A stretch of 63,348 nt of DNA, counting the filler, from Licmophora abbreviata (taxonomy: Eukaryota), in NCBI GenBank assembly GCA_900291995.1. It is 15 parts of 15 records of this genome, joined end to end, with 100 filler letters (N's around TTAATTAATTAA, not from the genome) between each part and the next. Parts side by side here need not be neighbours in the genome. Positions count along the whole stretch, not along the records: positions 61,842 to 63,348 come from OLMU01005312.1; 14 more parts are not named here. One strand, 5' to 3'. Below the pieces are notes generated by a model, which ran no database searches, was not told the DNA's origin, and was given only the letters and a program-made list of their open reading frames with translations. Made by a program: the position numbers and the translations under genes. Below are positions 61,842 through 63,348 of the stretch, in pieces. The first letter of the stretch is position 1, and each line of letters begins with the position of its first letter.

Positions 61842-62923
61842 GGTCGGGGGCTTCGTTGGTGGCCGTGTCGGTGGTTTCGTCGGAGGCTTTCCTGTCGGAG
61901 ATATTGTTGGACTCGCTGCTGTTGGCTCGGTCGGAGGCTTCGTTGGTGACCGTGTCGGAGGTTTTGTTGACAGAACAGGAGGTTGCGTTGGAGGGTTCGT
62001 AGGGCTGCCAGTAGGCGGCTTGGTCGGGGGCTTTGTAAGAGGCTTTTCTGTTGGAGATATTGGGGGCTCCTGACACTTTCCAGGGCAGAATGTGATAGAG
62101 CGAATGGCCAGTGAGCTGACAGCCACGACTCTCAAACTCTCGACATCAGTCATATCTTGGAACGTCTCTTGTTGAATAGAGTTATCCCCCTTTCCATGAA
62201 TGCTTTTTCTTCGGTAGCCTTCCACCAATTCAATGTCCAAGTAGTTGGCATCCATGGTGCCCGCGTCCATCAGTCCTACAACAAGTAGCTTCTCGGCTGG
62301 GCATGGAAAAGTAAATTCGATTGTTCCCCCGTAGGCATTGTCATCTGGTTCGACTTTATTGCTTTCCTGAATAATGAGGAGGTTACCCTCTCCGTCAGGA
62401 TTACAATTCTCACCCGAGGCGCCTTGACGACCTCCAGTACCGTGTCCAGGTCCACCAATGGGACAATCAGCATTGGGACTGGCAAGGTCGGCATCCTCAG
62501 TATCGTACAAGGTACTATCGAAGATACGAGCCTGTCCACCCGGGGTGAAGCCACCGTCTGTTGATGATGCCGATATATTCATTCCGTACGTTTTTAGCCA
62601 TTGCATGCTTACATAATCCCCATGCTGCAATGGCAGTTTCGTGTCAGGATCGACCGAAAAATCAATGTGTACGGGAGACGAGGAGCACGTGTCAGAGGTC
62701 AATCGTCGAGGGACTGTACGACCTGCATTTGCTCAGTGGAACCGTGGCTCTGCACATGACTTTGCTTGTCAAAGCTCGGCTCATGTCTTGCAGTCAGATT
62801 TTGTCTAAACCAAACAGCACTGAACGACACCATAGAGAGCCCTGTGAAAACGCAAATAGCGGACTGACATTTTGTGTAGGAGAACATCCAAATTGCTCGC
62901 GTCGTTCTTCCTATTTCCTGCAC
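61842..62923 (-). CDS. Extracellular/surface protein: diatom-typical 'RIFDS...DLASPN...GGPG.G.GG...NC...GNLLIIQE...PDDN' domain plus PTKPPT mucin-like stalk; 3' end in gap, start uncertain, probable 1-nt error at 62710-62712
   Basis: Domain motifs and tandem PT(K/R/E)PPT repeats. Adding one base joins the upstream hydrophobic ORF through QSP-RRL-TSD. Confidence 0.7.
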
Positions 62924-63348
62924 AACACGGCTGATCTATCACGATGTAGGGTACACCTGATGCAGGACCGTGAAGCAAACGAGGATCGCTGTCGTCGCTC
63001 GGGTAGGGCTTTGGCATCGGTGGTCGTCGTTTCGTTCCGAATTCAGTGCTCTCACGATTGCGATATGCGATGGCATCTCGACTCGTGACTGTATACTTAA
63101 CGACAAAGTGTACTGGAAACGTCATTACGTCACCCTTTCTGTATGATATGATATCATACATCCGTGAGTGGGGTGACGAAGTCAAGTGAGTCGAGTCGAA
63201 TCGAATTATCACACTCATCAATCCGACGAGAGATTAGAGAGTTGAAAGGGTTGGATTTGACCTCCTGATGGCGCTCTTAAACCCGCATTGTGCTCCTCGT
63301 TTGCTCTCTCGAATGCCCCCTCCTGCCCAAAAGCTCGTTATCCTTACT

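Overview
Eukaryotic nuclear DNA, almost certainly from a diatom (probably pennate). Evidence: short GT-AG introns, bipartite signal peptide + 'AF(A/S/V)P' plastid presequences, RXL motifs and diatom-typical gene families. The window is 15 contigs joined by 14 artificial 100-nt linkers (N44-TTAATTAATTAA-N44). Three genes read straight across linkers, so at least those joins reflect true order with small gaps. It contains about 30 protein genes, gene fragments or pseudogenes and one tRNA-Gly(GCC). The main finding is a compact putative guanidine-utilisation cluster at about 15.8-22.9 kb. It has an intron-containing GdmH-type guanidine hydrolase (Ni-dependent family) with a mitochondrial-type presequence, head-to-head (357 bp) with a mitochondrial carrier, flanked by a Na+:solute symporter and a DMT/EamA transporter. 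Other notable items: a thioredoxin-DUF4395 fusion, a prokaryote-type SQR/FCSD flavoprotein, a tandem ATP-grasp ligase, an organellar GluRS fused to an EMAPII/Arc1-like tRNA-binding domain, a TKH-loop MAPK, and recurrent 1-nt homopolymer frameshifts that are probably sequencing errors. All family calls come from motif recognition; no database searches were run.
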